From the human T2T-CHM13v2.0 reference genome, Homo sapiens: a stretch of DNA of 64,000 bases. Of the stretch, positions 1 through 16,941 are shown one piece after another. The stretch is taken from assembly GCF_009914755.1 (NCBI RefSeq), contig NC_060929.1; one strand, given 5' to 3'. The stretch's first letter is position 1. Every line of letters starts with the position of its first letter. The notes below the pieces were generated by a model. It had not been told where the DNA came from, did not search any database, and was given only the letters and a program-made list of their open reading frames with translations. A program made the position numbers and the translations under genes.

Positions 1-483
1 CTCATTCTTGAGTGCCTTGGGATAAAGCTTGGTCACATGTCTAGAAATTCTGGCATTCAGCTTTGGTATAGACAATTGAATAGAGTTCAGAAAAATGTTC
101 AATTGAGAACAGAAATCTTAATAACCTCTATGTACCTTGGCAGTAAGGATATAAATGTTAAGATAGATCAGTCATACTTATCTTACTGATGAATTGAGTC
201 AAAATGAAGGGAATTAAATTCTTATGATAAGCACCTGGGAGATCATAGACTCTTAATATCTCTTAAATCACGAACACTGAGAATCTGGTGAAACCTATAA
301 GCCATTCCCCAGAAATATGCCATACATACATTTATAAGCAATTCTGCATTTAGTTGCAAAGAGATTCATGGACCCCTTGGAACCCATCTGAGTGTTTCAC
401 AGAAATGAAACACCTGCTTTAGAGACTGTCCATCAGAGACTGAGATTAATGAGGCTAGATCATTCCTAGATCATTTTCTCCTA

Positions 484-678
<195 letters not shown>

Positions 679-1879
679 TTATTTTCTGTATAGGATCATT
701 TTCCACTATACAGAAAAAGAAGCCTTGAGGTTTTAGAAACCAAGGATTGCACTTTTACAATTTCAGCTCTTACATAAAATTGGCATTACTTCTGTTCAGC
801 AGATGGATATTTCTACTATATTGGTCACTATACAAGGATGGGCTAGGCACGGCTAGTTATATTTACATGCATCTGACAGGTGTTGGATAGAGAAGAAAGG
901 CTCTAGACATAAAATTTTAAGATTGCTTTCTTTTAACAGCTCCCTGGGGTAGTAGTCTGTGTTTTGAAATCTTAAATATAATAAGTCTGTTGCACAGGAT
1001 CCTATAATCCATAGGACCCTATTTTCTTCCAGTCCAGACCCCTCATCACTGACCCCAACAATTCATGTTGGATTACCTATGCAGGCTGACATTTTCAATC
1101 TCAACTCTGAGAATCTTAGGAAGAGAAGAAGTTTGTAAAAAAAGGTCTCGTTTGACCCCTTCATTTTATAGATGGAAAGACTGAACCCCACAAGTAAATT
1201 AACTTGCCGAAGGCCACATAGCTAGTGGTAGAGCTAGAACTTGAAGCCAGGTGTTCCTTGCAATTTTCACTGCTTGGACAATTATTTCTCGGTTAATTTG
1301 GATCTGCTGATGCCAGTCTCAGCTTGTGTTCATAGATTTTTGTCTTTTGTCCATCTACTTCCTATTATAAGTGAACTTAGATTCTGAACATAGCTTTTCT
1401 GGAGGGCCCAATATCTATTTCTAATTGAGCACCTGAATTTACTTCTTCCCTTACCAAACATCTTGCCAGCCCCTCCAAGTAGGTGGACTCTTGGTAAGAG
1501 CCTTGCTAGACTTCCTTGCTTAGCCACTGTAGCCATCTCACAGCCGAGATACCCAGGAATATACCCCATCTCCATAGGAAGCCCCAGGGATCATAGAGAT
1601 AAACTGGACTCTCCTGGACAAAGGCTCAGGAACCTCAGGGCTTTTCCAGTCATGGCAAAGGCCAAGATATTTTTCCTTTCTGTTATTACGAACTGAGTCT
1701 ACTGAATATGACATAAGGACACTGCTTTGTTCTCTCTCTAGAGAATATGTAATTTATTCTAGGATAATCTCCTTATTAGGAAGGATAATAGTAATTTACA
1801 AGTTTAATCACTTCTTCTAATATGCAACCATAGCACCTGACTTGACATTTCAAGATTCACTGTCACCACACATCAGAAA

Positions 1880-2710
1880 GCAGGAATGAGGACACATAAA
1901 AAGCTGTGATGTGCAGTGTGAGACAGTTCAATTTTTTTCCTCTGTGTTAAGTATTGGACTATTGGGTAATTATGAGAAAAAAAAAGTTAAATCTTTTTTT
2001 AACATCATACAGTAAAATAAATTCCAGAGGGATTTAGAATTTAAATATGGTAAAGAAACCATAATAAAAGACATATAATTAATGTTTATCTAATTTGGGG
2101 TTGTGAAGATTTTTTCTGAGCATAAAAGCAAAGGAAGAAGCCTTAAAGAAACAGACTGACAAACATAACTACATACATATTAACTACATTTCATTAAAAA
2201 TTACATAGAAACAAATTAAAAGGTAAATGTCAAACTTATAAAGCATCTAGCTTTTGTGAACCAAGGCCATAAAACAAAACTAAGGCCATAAAGAAGCAAC
2301 CCCAGAAGACAAAGAGCTGAAGGGTATGAAATATTGAGCTTCATTAGTAATTAAATACAAGCATATTAAAATGAGATACCATTTTCACCTATCAACATAG
2401 CAAATATTTTAAAAGATAATAAAAGTAGTTTTGACAAGGGTTTTGGAAACTGGCACTTTCACACATATATTCCTGGAGGGAATATAAAATGGTATAGTCA
2501 TTCAAGGCAGCATCTTGTCAATATATATAAAAATCATTAAAACATGCTTGCCCTTTGACCCAGAAATTCCAATTCTGAGTGTTTATCCTGAGGAAATTGT
2601 CAGAGATGACAACTAATATTTACTGACAATGGTGTTTAAGCATGATTAGATGACTTTAAGGAAATTTGTGTTTATACAATGGAACACTGTGAAAATATAA
2701 AACTCCTGCC
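1880..2710 (+). mobile_element. Old degenerate L1 (L1M-type ORF2 3' end)
   Basis: Remnants such as atgagataccattttcacctatca and ccctttgacccagaaattcca; boundaries approximate. Confidence 0.6.
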
Positions 2711-3205
2711 TTTAAATCTCATGTCCCCTGATGTGGTTATATCAGCTCCAGGACTAGGCTTACATATTCAAAGAAAGGAGTTTTTTAAACTTGTTCCTAA
2801 TACTGCCCACTGGAAACTATTTAAACAAAATCCTGCTGGAAGAGAATAAACAAAAGGCGTTGTAGCTGAGTGGGAAGAAGATTTGAGGGATAGCATGAGT
2901 TTTAAAGGTCAAAGCATATTGATTTAGACAGGAGAAAGTATGTTTAATATATTGTAGAATGGGTTTTAAAAACAGATTACAAAATAACGTCTATATTAAG
3001 ATCCCAATTTTGTAAGATGTGTGTGTATTAAATCTACATTGAGATGTTAACTATGGTTAGTGACCTCGAAGTGGCAGGAAAGAGCTTATCTTTATTTGCA
3101 GTATTCCAAAATTTCTCCTGTAACCATGTATTCAGAAAAAAAAGTGTTATTAAAAATAAGGAGAATCAGCCTTTGTAAAGGTGATTAGAAGCTTTCTGGG
3201 CCTTA

Positions 3206-3598
<393 letters not shown>

Positions 3599-5727
3599 CT
3601 ATAAAAAACAAAGTTTCAAAATCACTGTGAATCATGCTGGCCCATTAATCATCGGGTCCATTGTGTTTGGTCTGGCATATTTAGAAATTCTGTCTCATAC
3701 AAAATTCCCTTTTGCCTTCAGATTGACATTTGGCTGCCTCTTCAGCCCAAGGATATGAAGACATCCTGGCCTTAGCCATTTGAACTACTTGCACAAAAAA
3801 TGCTTAATATGTAGTTTGCACTCACTGTTGAACTAGATTTGATACCTGTGAGTTGGTGTCCACATTTACACTTTGAGGAAAACGATGGGTCTTTAAAATG
3901 GAAAGTGTGCTGGACTTAGTTCTGGGTTCAAATTCTCTAACTGCTACTTAATAGATTTGTCCTCGGGCAAGTCATTTGGCTCCCCATCTGTAAAATGCGA
4001 TTTATATTTTCTGACTCATATGCAAGACTTACCCGAGATGTTCTCTGTGAAAGTAGTTTTACATAATTTTCTTGCAAGTAAGGAATTACCCTGGCTAACT
4101 TTAGGGTAATGAAGAGATTGCTGAGATGAAGGGAAGAAACTGAAAAGACTTCCTGTCTGCCTTAAGGACCACGGCGCTGCTGGTTGGGCCAAGGGATTAC
4201 TAACAAGACACCCACCCAGGCTCCAGCACCGAAGTTCTAGCTCGAGATTTCGATGTGTGGGAGGGAGGTGTAAAAAAATAATTTGTTCTATTATCACCTC
4301 CATTGGCTTCCTGCTTGGAGTTGCTGAATTTCTCAAGTTATGATGGCTCTGCTCCTCAGAGGGCTGCGGAAGCAAGGTTGCCCTTTTTACCTGTTGACGC
4401 AAGCAAGCCCCCAGAGATGACTATGCTGAGGAAAAGGTTTGCGTAAGAAAAAGGTTATGTTACTGAGACTGTCTCAAATAGAATCCACCAGCTGTCTCTC
4501 CTAAGGCTGGCTTTCTTAAGGAGGGAGTTTTACAAAGATAGAAAATCTTTCTTCTGCTTCAGTGCAGGTTACCCAAGATAAGGAACAGTCTGTGAAATGG
4601 TGATTCTGAAATGCCCAACAGGCCATTTTCTAAAGGCAGCTCTGGACACCCAGGGAAATGACAACAGCCAGGGGCTCTGAAGACAAGTGGGGCAGATGTC
4701 TGATATGCCCCTTTCAAACCCTTTAAAATGTGCCTGCCATAAAACCCCTCGGTAGAATGCCACTGTCTATTACTTGAGTAGCTGAAGAGATGCGCGTGAG
4801 AAGCAGGCCCACACTTCTAAGTTGAGACCACAGCTTTACTGTCTAAACTAGCTTGCAGAAGTGATCCTGTATGAAGAAGATGTTCGTGTTGACAATTTTG
4901 TTGAGATGCCATTAATAGGAATCTTGCACGCATTCCAAGGTCATTATTATAGGGTTCACCCACCCTCTAATTAGATCATGACCTGCTATTTCACTGAGAT
5001 AGGATCTATATACTTTAGCTAGTTGGTCCTTTCTGTGTCAGGAGTTAAATTGGGGGCCTTACATTTTTTAAATTAAAGGTGTCTCCCTTTGTTCTCAAAG
5101 CCCCTAAATGCCCCTCCATCGTCATGCCCTTGAAGGGAAATCCAGTAATTGCCCTTGGCCGTCTGACTCATGGAAGCAAAGGCGCAGGCAAGCGTGGGCT
5201 GGAGGAGCTCTCTGAGCATACGACCTCCCCGAGCTGCTTACCCAGATGCTGAGCAGTTCACCTCAGGGGACACTGAAACTGCTATTTTCCTGCAGGTCAT
5301 CCATTCTTAGGAGACATAGCTGGTGTAGACTCTGTATTTTTATCATCTGCGACAGGGCAGGTCAGACTATATCCCTGCTGTTAAAGGATCAGCAAGTACA
5401 AGGGTGATAAAGCCCCTACAACCCTGAGATCTCCTTTAAGGCTGTTTCCAGGGAGGCATCAGACAAGCAGAAAAGACATTTGGAGTCTCCGCTGTGTGTA
5501 ATGACAGGTTTGGTGGCTTCTCAAGGCTGGGTTTAAAAATGACAGAGGGGAAGATCATCTTGGCAGAAGTGTCATTATCCCTGGAGAGAAAACTTTCTGA
5601 TGGATGCCAGCCTTTCAAGTGAGTAAGTGTGAGTTCTCCCAACTGAGACATCAAGCTTAAGCGAATCAGTCGTACCAAAGGTCAGTTAGGGGAATCATTT
5701 CACATGCATGCCACGCTCTCCTAACTA

Positions 5728-5970
<243 letters not shown>

Positions 5971-6667
5971 CTAAAGGAAAAGCCAGAATGCATATTATCT
6001 GTTATCATCTATTGGGGTCATTGTTATATCCCAATAAAATCCCCAACGACTACATGTGTGAAATTCTCAGAGACAGCTATTTGGGATCTATTTTCAATTC
6101 CAGATCTTTTGGCTTCGATATTGGAAATCTCACAAGGCTGTGTATTATAAGCCACTGGACTCTGGCCCTGCCAGTCTCTGGGCCCTCCTGGGGTAGGGCT
6201 GAGCACACGCTTTTCTTTCTTATGCAGATTCATAATCTAGCGTTTTGCACTTGCTCATATTTTTCCACCCTTCTCTTAGTTTATGTCACTGCACTTAAAT
6301 CTTTGAACTTCCTCTCTTTCTTTCTGCTTCAATCTTCTGGCTGACTGATAGAATGACAAAATTAGGAATTATTCAGATCTGCCTTGCAGCTGCATTAAAA
6401 GGGACTCTTCAATTGAATGGAACTCGTCAAAGCCGCCCTTTCTATGATTTTTCAATTTGTGCTCTCCAGAGTTTCTACTTTTGTTTCATCTTATGGAGCA
6501 CAAGGCTTTAGAATCTGTGCAAGAATACAGTAAACCCAAGTGACAGAGCAATCCAACCAAGGCACAGGTATTCAACAGGCACGTGCAGAGCAGAAGGCAA
6601 CACGTTTCTATATTTGAAAAGCATTTCCGCGCTTGGAAGAAGACTGAGTAGTTTTTTACTAGTGTAA

Positions 6668-7100
<433 letters not shown>

Positions 7101-7271
7101 ACAAATAGGGAAAACTTTCTTAAGCCTTAACTCCCATCCCTCTGAAGAATGATTTGGCCCTCTAAGTGCATTTAAAATTGTAAAGGACTTTGTTAAGAAA
7201 TCCACAACAATGTTATTCCATGTAACCTAAGTGTTCTTTCCTTCTCCTCATATCCAGATGGTCAGGTTTCA

Positions 7272-7577
<306 letters not shown>

Positions 7578-8500
7578 TCAAAAACCAGGTAACTACTAGA
7601 TAGATGTCCCCAATTTCTGTAACCCAGCTACTGACACCACAGAAGGAAGGAACATGTTGCTGCCCCCATAAGCTTTTTTGTCGCACTTTAGAGATAATAC
7701 TATGCAATACCATGCACTGTGTAGGCAGCTGTGATGTTTTTTTTTTTTTTTTTTTTTTTGGTCCCACTCAAGGCTCTCTTCCCAGCAAAAGCTCTGGGCA
7801 TTGAGTCTGAAGTGGAGCAGCATCCTTGGATGAGAGGAAGTGGCCGTGATTGTTGTCAATTACAAAATGTTTGCCCTCCCTCCCACCCCAACTAAATGAC
7901 AGACCAGCTTTCAGAAAGACCCTCCAAGCAGCCCTCTGGTGATGCACCTCCTCATGGCTGTCCCACAAATGGCTGTGGCCCAGTCTACGCCACACAAGGA
8001 CTCTGGACAGGAAACATGTAGCTTCAAAAGATCTAGTCACAACAGGAAACTAACAAATAGGGAAAGCACTTTTGTTTCTAAGCCCTGATTAAAAATAACC
8101 CAGAGGCCATCCTTTCATGTGTTTGCTAAGAAACATTTTCAAGGAACATGCTTCCTATTCTTCTAAATAATCTCAAGGATGAAATCATTGCCATGGATTT
8201 CACCCCCAAGGGGAATCATTTTTCATCAGGACAATGTAGGTGCGGTAGCTCTTTGTGCTTTCCAACAGGCTGTCACCCGTCATCAGACTTATGAATTCAA
8301 GAGCCAGGAAGGCAAAAACAATCTGGACAGATTACAGGCAGCTACCTGGTTATTTCTGGCTTCAGGCTCATAATACAATAAAGTGCACAGCCTTAGATTT
8401 TCACACTTATTTACTATGGAGCAAAGGTAAAATGATATGAAATTGATATGATCAGTGAAAGTTGTATTTGTAAAAAAGAAATTGTTCAAAAATGCATTTA

Positions 8501-8800
<300 letters not shown>

Positions 8801-8820
8801 ATGCATTTAGAAAAAAAATC

Positions 8821-9480
<660 letters not shown>

Positions 9481-10981
9481 GCCTATAATATTTGTAGAGT
9501 AACTGACATACAATAGGTGCCTAATAAATGAAGATTATTGGTAAAAAATGCATTTGGGGCCAGACCATCAAAGGATGGAGTAATGGAAAACATCAGTAGG
9601 CTTGGAATCTTGTGTTTCAGTTCTACACTGCCACAAACTTGCTTTCATTACCTTGAGCAGCTTGCTTCTGATTCTTTCTCTACAAAATGAAGGGATCAGA
9701 TGATTCTTTCACAAACTATAGCTGTTTCGTTCATTATGACTAAAAGAGTGAATTCTTTTACTAGCTAATTACATAATTTGTGCTTCTCCCTTCATTTTTT
9801 TTAAAAATTAACAGAACACTTTGAAGATGTTAGTATCAAAGGAATCAGGAATGACACTTAAAATTCTAAGAGTGCCCTATATTCATGAAAGATGCATTAC
9901 ATGTCACGATGTATATTTATTTGGTTTCTAAAAAGGAATGCATAACCAAATGCAAGGTATACTCATGTAGAGTTTAATGGGGTTTTATTGTAATTGAAAT
10001 GTTCTACAATTGATTCTTTTTGTGATTATGGTTTTTGAAAACCAAACTAAACTTGAAGCTTATAACATAACATGAAAGCCTGAGGTTGGGATAGCATAAA
10101 GAGGAGAGACAGTTTTTTCTTTTCTCTTGGCCCCTGCAGATCCACTTTCCACTCTTCTCCATTAGAACATGGACTGCATCAATGGGCTCTGTCTTCCCAT
10201 TGGGTTCAGCCAACTGAAGACACCAGCAAGAGGGTGGGAATCAAGAGGAGAATGAGGTGCCTATACCCCTGAATCCCCTTTGCCTAGAAGTGGCTCTGTT
10301 GTTGTACTCAAGGCCTATCCAGTGGCTCTCTCCTGTGACCACAGCTTTCCCTCTCTATTTTCTGCTGACTTCTTCCCTTTGCTCCTTGAGGCTAAAGGTG
10401 ATAACATCTGCCTACCACTTCTTAGCCCCTTGTTGGTTTTCTCTAATTCTTGTAAATCGTTTCTTTATTAAAATGTCCACAGTTGCCCTAATGCAACTTA
10501 CCATGTGTTTCCTCATTAGGACACTGATGAAAACAATTAAATCCTACATCCTTGCTATAAAAGATAAAATTTGGCTATTTAATATAATAAGTATGTACTT
10601 TTTTTAAATTTTGAAGCTGTTCTTCTCTATAAAGTGAAGAACTTCTACAGAATTGAGAGGCAGGAAAAGTCTTTGCCTAAATTTACCTCCTCCTTCTGTT
10701 TCCTTAGCAAGCACTCAATAACAAACCATTCTAAATCAGAACATAGAGAAAATTAGATTTGGTTCAAATGCTATTCAACATTTCCACATTTTTTTTTTCC
10801 TGCAAAGATGTATAGGCTATATTCAACTATCCATTTTCTAGGAATCCATATCTATTGACTCGCTGGCAAATCATATTCAAGTCCTGTAGCAACTTTGGCA
10901 TGGAACTAATTTGTTCCTCCAGTTGTTAAAAAGAAAAGCTCCCCTCCCCCATTTACAATGGGTGATGTAAGCTTCACATTA

Positions 10982-11173
<192 letters not shown>

Positions 11174-13297
11174 TTAATGGGGCATAGGTATATTAACTTT
11201 TTGTCGGCCTTGTTACTGTTTTTGTTTGTTTGTTTTAAATTAGTATAACATAAAACTTATGTTCAGATGAAGGGCACAAGTATTAGAGACAAAGTATGTG
11301 ATTTCAAATTCTGGCTTCTGCCATTCACTAAGGGTGTGACCTTGGGTAAGTTACTTGTCTGCAAAGGCTTGGTCACATGACAAATTATATGTAAAACACT
11401 TAGAGCAGTGGATGGCAGATAGTAAGAACACAGTGAGTGTTAACTATTGATACTATTATAAGAACTCTGACATTCAGAAACAATTTCAGAGAAATGGCTT
11501 CTGCTTTGTACTTTTTGGTAGCAAAGTGGCTCCTCACTTTTCTCCCTAGTGACTGCCTTGGATTAGATTATCCTTGATCAGCCTTAGTAGGATATCCTAG
11601 AACAAGTCCCCTATTAAGCCCTCCTCCTCTCCTCTAAATATATGCCACACTAAAATGTCTGAAGATTATCTGGTACCAAGAGGAGCTTGAGATATTTGCA
11701 AGACATTACCAGCTAATTGGAAAGCCAAGATGCTCCTGAAATCCCAACTGGGGCCAGAAGCCTGAACATGATTGGTTTTGCAGTCAAGCAAAGAGGGTAA
11801 TTTATGATTTCAGAGTATTTGGAAGAAAAATGCGTCTTCAAAACACCAAATTCCACCACTAAAGCATCTATTCTGAAATTCTGAGGATGATAATTGTCTT
11901 TTCCCACCACCATCCTGACTCAGGAGGGCCAACAAGCCAAAAGCACATTAATGTGAATTCATTTATTTCGTGATTTTATTCTATTGTGGAAACAACCTGT
12001 AAGAGTGTGAAGGCTGTTGGTGGCTTGGAGGAGCCTACCAGATATACCAACATAGAGTGAAAGAGAGGAAGGGTTAGCTCGGAGCAATAATGTTGGCCAG
12101 TTACATTTCAATTCTACTATACTGGCCATCTATTAATTCAGCATAGCATGGAATATAAAATTCCTAAATTGACTGGCCATCAAGAAGAATTGTTCAACTT
12201 CTCTTTTTCCTGAAGTAGCAAAGATGATTTCCTGGTCTCCTTCCACAAAATAAGATTCCTGCTCCTTCATGTTAATCCTGGCTAGGAATTCTAAGTCAGG
12301 ACAATATAATTATCTTTAATTCAAGATCTTTCCTGATGCAGCAAACACCTGCTTCTTTTATGTATGCTAGCATTTTCCTGTTTGGGGAAGCAGCCCTCCT
12401 GACTTTTTGTGATTTTTTTCAATCATGGGGCCCCTCCTCTCAGACAACTTTCAAGGACTGATGTAGATTATAGGGAAGAAACCCCACTCTTTCTTGAGAA
12501 TTATGAGCTTTAAGTTCCATGTGAGTCATATGGGTCTTGCTCTGCCAGGCAGGATTCTCTTGAAAGTGAAGCCAAGCAGAGGCGAGCAGCACTAGAGATG
12601 GAAACAGAGTGCTTGGTGTCCTGAGAACATATTGTTTGAGCTCTTGGATCTTGAAACATCAGAAACTAGAACATCACTTGGGTGAATATTTTTAAAATCC
12701 CTTTGTTACTTAATCTTTGAGTTAGGATTCTTTCATTTGCAACTGAAGCTGTCCTGACCACACCATTCTCTGAGAAAAGTGCACACATCTGAACATACAG
12801 AAGGCAACTTATGCTTTGTGGATGGATGAACGCTCTTTGCCTTAGTAGAAGGAGTAATTCAGTTGTCATCTCTGAGAAATGTACTTCCAGAAGTCACCAC
12901 TGCCTTCTTATATATTTCCATGTATACAGGATGGGAGACAAGGCTCAGGTCAGCAAAAGAATCCAGTGCAGGTCTTCAGCCTGAGCCAACAGAATCAATC
13001 TGCTGACAGACATCCCCAGGTTTGTGCCTTTGTCCTAAAAAATGATGCAGTGTGACAGCACCTATTATTTATCTCTCCTTGTATATGGACGACTATTCTC
13101 TAGTGAGAGCTGCAGGAGGATCATGGTACAAATATGCATTGACATGTTTTCCTCCTCTTATCCTCAGGTTCCACCTCCAAACGTTGAGAGAAAGAAAAGT
13201 GTTCCTATGTCATTCTTTATAGGCCGCAGCTCTTTTTCTTTTCTAAGTGAGGTGCTGCAGTAAAGAACTTTCTATTATCTTAGAACAATGGTAGTAA

Positions 13298-14207
13298 CTG
13301 GCATTTAAACAAAATGATTTGTTTAAAAATTATTCCATGAGATAGTTTAAATACTACCCTTATTCTGGTTAAAATATCCTTGTCACATTTGTTATTTAAC
13401 TAGAAAAACAATCTGTAATTGGTGTTGAAATAATGAATACAGATTTATGCCAGCTTAATGGTAAGCATTACCTGCACTGTTAAGATTTTATTATTTAGTG
13501 ATTCCTCTTTTGACTTTCAGAGTAGCATTCAAATGTAGCTTCTATTAATCTCATTTACGTGGTAATAAAGAACAACAGCAATACTGATAGTTTGAAGAGA
13601 TAATAACCTTGGAATTGGGGTATAATACCTCTCCAATTGCTGTAAAGGCCAAGACAAAATGGAGCCATTCATTTTCTAAACCTAAGGGCTTTATGTCTGA
13701 CAACATGCTAGAAGGCAAATCTACTTTTTATTATACCTTCTGATAAATGATAAGGATGCCACATTTTTGGTTGATAGTCAAGAGGATCCTGAGAGAGAGT
13801 TGCTCATTATGTCATTTCCAAATAGCAGATTCTGAATTGGCTCAGAAAATTGACTTGTCTCTGCTGCTCCCATCGGATGATATTATTCTTGTCATGTTGA
13901 TTTCTCACTGAAAGAAGGTCTACCTCAGTTACTAAATGAGAAGCTGTGATCATTATCATCATCATCATCACCACAGCAAACACTTACTTAACTTTTTTGT
14001 GTACCAGTGTCCAAGCCATATATATGTGTATGTCCAAGCCAAATATCCTTGTCACACATGTTATTTAAGCCATATATATACATATGCACACATATACATA
14101 TATGGCTTAAATAACAAGTGTGACAAGAATATTTTAACCAGAATAAGGGTAGTATTTAAATATCTTGTGGAATAATTTTTAAACAAATCAATTTGTTTAA
14201 ATGCCAG
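13298..14207. repeat. About 102-bp inverted duplication (arms 13298-13399 and 14107-14207)
   Basis: Hand alignment: 5 substitutions and 1 gap over 102 bp. Confidence 0.95.
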
Positions 14208-14600
14208 ATATACAGATATAGATATAGATAAATAATCTACCTCATTAAGTTAGAGGTATTAAATGAGTTTATATGTATATATATATTAAGTGAGATATAT
14301 ATATATATATAAAACCTCACTTTAACCCCTAACTCAATGAAGTATTATATATGTTATATAATACTTATTATATATATATATAAACTCACTTAATACCTCT
14401 CTCTCTCTCTCTCTCTCCCTCTCTCTCTCTATATATATATACACTCACTTAATACCTCTAACTCAAGGAAGTAGAGATTCTTTTTCAAAAGATGATAAAA
14501 CTTAAGCACAAAGAAGTTAAATAATTTCCTCAAGATCACCCAACTACTAAGTGGCAGATCTAAAATTTGACCTAAATTTGGCTCCCAAGTCTGCTCTTAA
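13960..14600. mobile_element. MIR split by a rearranged insert with (TA)n and (CT)n tracts
   Basis: MIR-like left part at about 13960-14016; right part aagcacaaagaagttaaataatttcctcaagatcacccaactactaagtggcaga at about 14500-14560. Confidence 0.65.
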
Positions 14601-15716
14601 CTGTTGGGCTATGACATGCTCTCTCAATGCTGTGTGGAAGATTCACAGCAGGCTATGATCTGGAAGCTCAGGGCTTTCAGGCACAAAACAAATAGCATTA
14701 TATGGGCTGCTTCCCTAGGGCCTTTGCAGGTAACTCCCTGAGTCAGGGAAATTATATTTTATTTTAATTATTATATTCATATATATAAAACAACTATTAT
14801 AAATGCTGTGCTGTGAGATCCCCTTTGTTTTGAGGAAGGTCTGAGTGTTCCATCTCCTGACTGGAAAAACTCCAGAGAATGTCATTTCATCAAGAATTCG
14901 CCCACTATGCAGCCATCGTACAAGTTATCACCCACACTGGATCCTGGGGCCAGACCCAGGATCTGCCTGGAAGGACCGTATACTGCCTAGGAAGGAGCCA
15001 GTGCCTCCATCTAAGTCTCCTCAAGTGTCTGGGAACAGATTTCCCGTAGTCTTAACCAAGGGGGTGGAATGAAAGTTGTTTCTACTCCACTCTAAGAAGG
15101 CTTATTATTCCAAGTGCTTATTAGCCATTTCCTCAGGAAGTTCATTTAAGAAACATAGGGAGAAGGTACGTTGTCACCCAGTTTAGGGGAAGAAAATGGA
15201 ATAGAGGCAGAGAGAGGTAAGTGATTTCTCCAAGGTCACCCTTTACTCTGGGAATTGGCAAAGCCATAACTACATTGCAAGGCTGTGCCCCAAAAGAGTA
15301 GATGTCCTTACTGGTCCTGCATTATCCTGCTTCAGACATATAGCAAAAAGTTTGTCTGAGGGTCTGCTGTAAGCTCTCGAAACACTCCCACTTTGCTCCA
15401 AAGGTACCCTTGCCAGTGGTTCCTATTGTGTTTTTACTGGAATGTTTTCACCTCTAAGGGATATTTGCGGTTAACCCCTTTAGTCACCCTCAAAGAAATA
15501 AATGGTACGGAAAGAAGTCATATCCCTGAACTATCCACAAGCCTCCCATTTTCCCCAAGGAAGAAATAAACACCCAGAAGTTGAGGCCAAGTCCATGTAC
15601 CCCAGCCTCCCATCCTGGGGTTTGTTGGCTTTCTGGAGGGAAGACTATCCAAAGAAAGAAATAACTTTAGATCAGTATTACTGCACCAGCCACTTGGGAG
15701 TTCTGAGGGAGAATAA

Positions 15717-15754
15717 GGAAGGGAGGGAGGGAGGGAGGGAGGAAGGAAGAGAGG

Positions 15755-15800
<46 letters not shown>

Positions 15801-15803
15801 CAG
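15717..15803. repeat. (GGGA)n/(GA)n polypurine simple repeat
   Basis: Seen directly. Confidence 0.95.
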
Positions 15804-16864
15804 ACTTGTCTGACCCAAGTTGGGTAACAGTCCAAGAGACAGTGCCATCCAGAGAGAATAAAGAAGCGCTTCATGTGACATATACCAAGAGCTGTTAGAT
15901 GCTTGGCTTTTTCCATCCTCACTTGTAGCAACAAGCCCTAATTTTGACCTTGGCTTTGATCATTTTGGTGCAAGTCTCTTCTGTGTAGAGAAAATGAAAA
16001 GGAAAGTTTGAGTGTCTCCTTGATGTCTGTGAGAACATCGGTATGAGCAAAGATGGTCTCTCCCATGGGCATGGACACTTTGAGGGTCCACATGCCTAGA
16101 GCGTGAAGTTTCTTTGGGGCTAGGAGAGAAGTTGAAAGTCTCTTGCCTCTGGGTCTTTCTTTCACCTCTCCCTTTAGAAGATCTTGCTCTTGGCCTCTGT
16201 GGCTCTTGGCCTCTCTCACCATAATGTGGCTTCAAGGGACAGAGAGTTAATCTGGGAGTCGGGTGCTGTCTCCTCTCTCTTTCCTATGGCCTTATAGCAG
16301 CAGGAACTCTGGAGGAGACTTCCGGCTGGCTCAATGCCCTGGAGACTGTGTTGGATTCAGGGGCCAGACCTCAGAGGCATTTCTCTTGTCTGGAGTTTGG
16401 CCATGCTCTTCTGAGAGAACTGGTGAAGGTGACTGTAGCCACCGTCAGAAGTTGTGGGCATTGTTCATATCCATTTCTTTACATATATTTCTTTTCATGA
16501 CTAACATAAAGCATGTTGCTAAGAGTAAAAGATTCATAGAGGAATTGAGGGGAGGGATGGGCTCAAAGTGTGTACTCTTTATGTCTCAAACATTCTTTCT
16601 AAAGCTACAACAGTTCAGTAACATTTGAGAGGAGAATTTCATAATGTAAGAAGTTTAATGAAAATATGGTTCTATAAACCAAAGGGAATATAAAAATAGA
16701 AACTTTGGTTTCTGTTTTAAAAGCAACAAAATATTGTGGTATGGATGTTGTGCATTAACATTTCCTGAGCACTGGAATGTGGATGAAATATATGGTATAA
16801 TTTTCTCAAACAAGATAAAAGCATTGTAAAGTACTTTATTTCACACAAATGCATATTTACTCAC

Positions 16865-16941
16865 TTGTTCTCGTTTGTGGGATCATATCGGGGAAATGGA
16901 TCATGGTCATTATCATTAAAATCATAGCTAGCCTCTGGATC
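16865..16941 (-). CDS. PCSK1: PCSK1 exon 5 (aa 182-207)
   Basis: tag|GAT CCA GAG...GAG AAC AA|gtgagt; 77 bp; DPEASYDFNDNDHDPFPRYDPTNEN(K). Confidence 0.97.

Noticed and set aside
15502-16628. Cluster of overlapping 90-140 aa ORFs in intron 5
   Set aside because: No recognisable protein motif, and partly GA-repeat. It may be a decayed LTR-type repeat, but I could not assign it.
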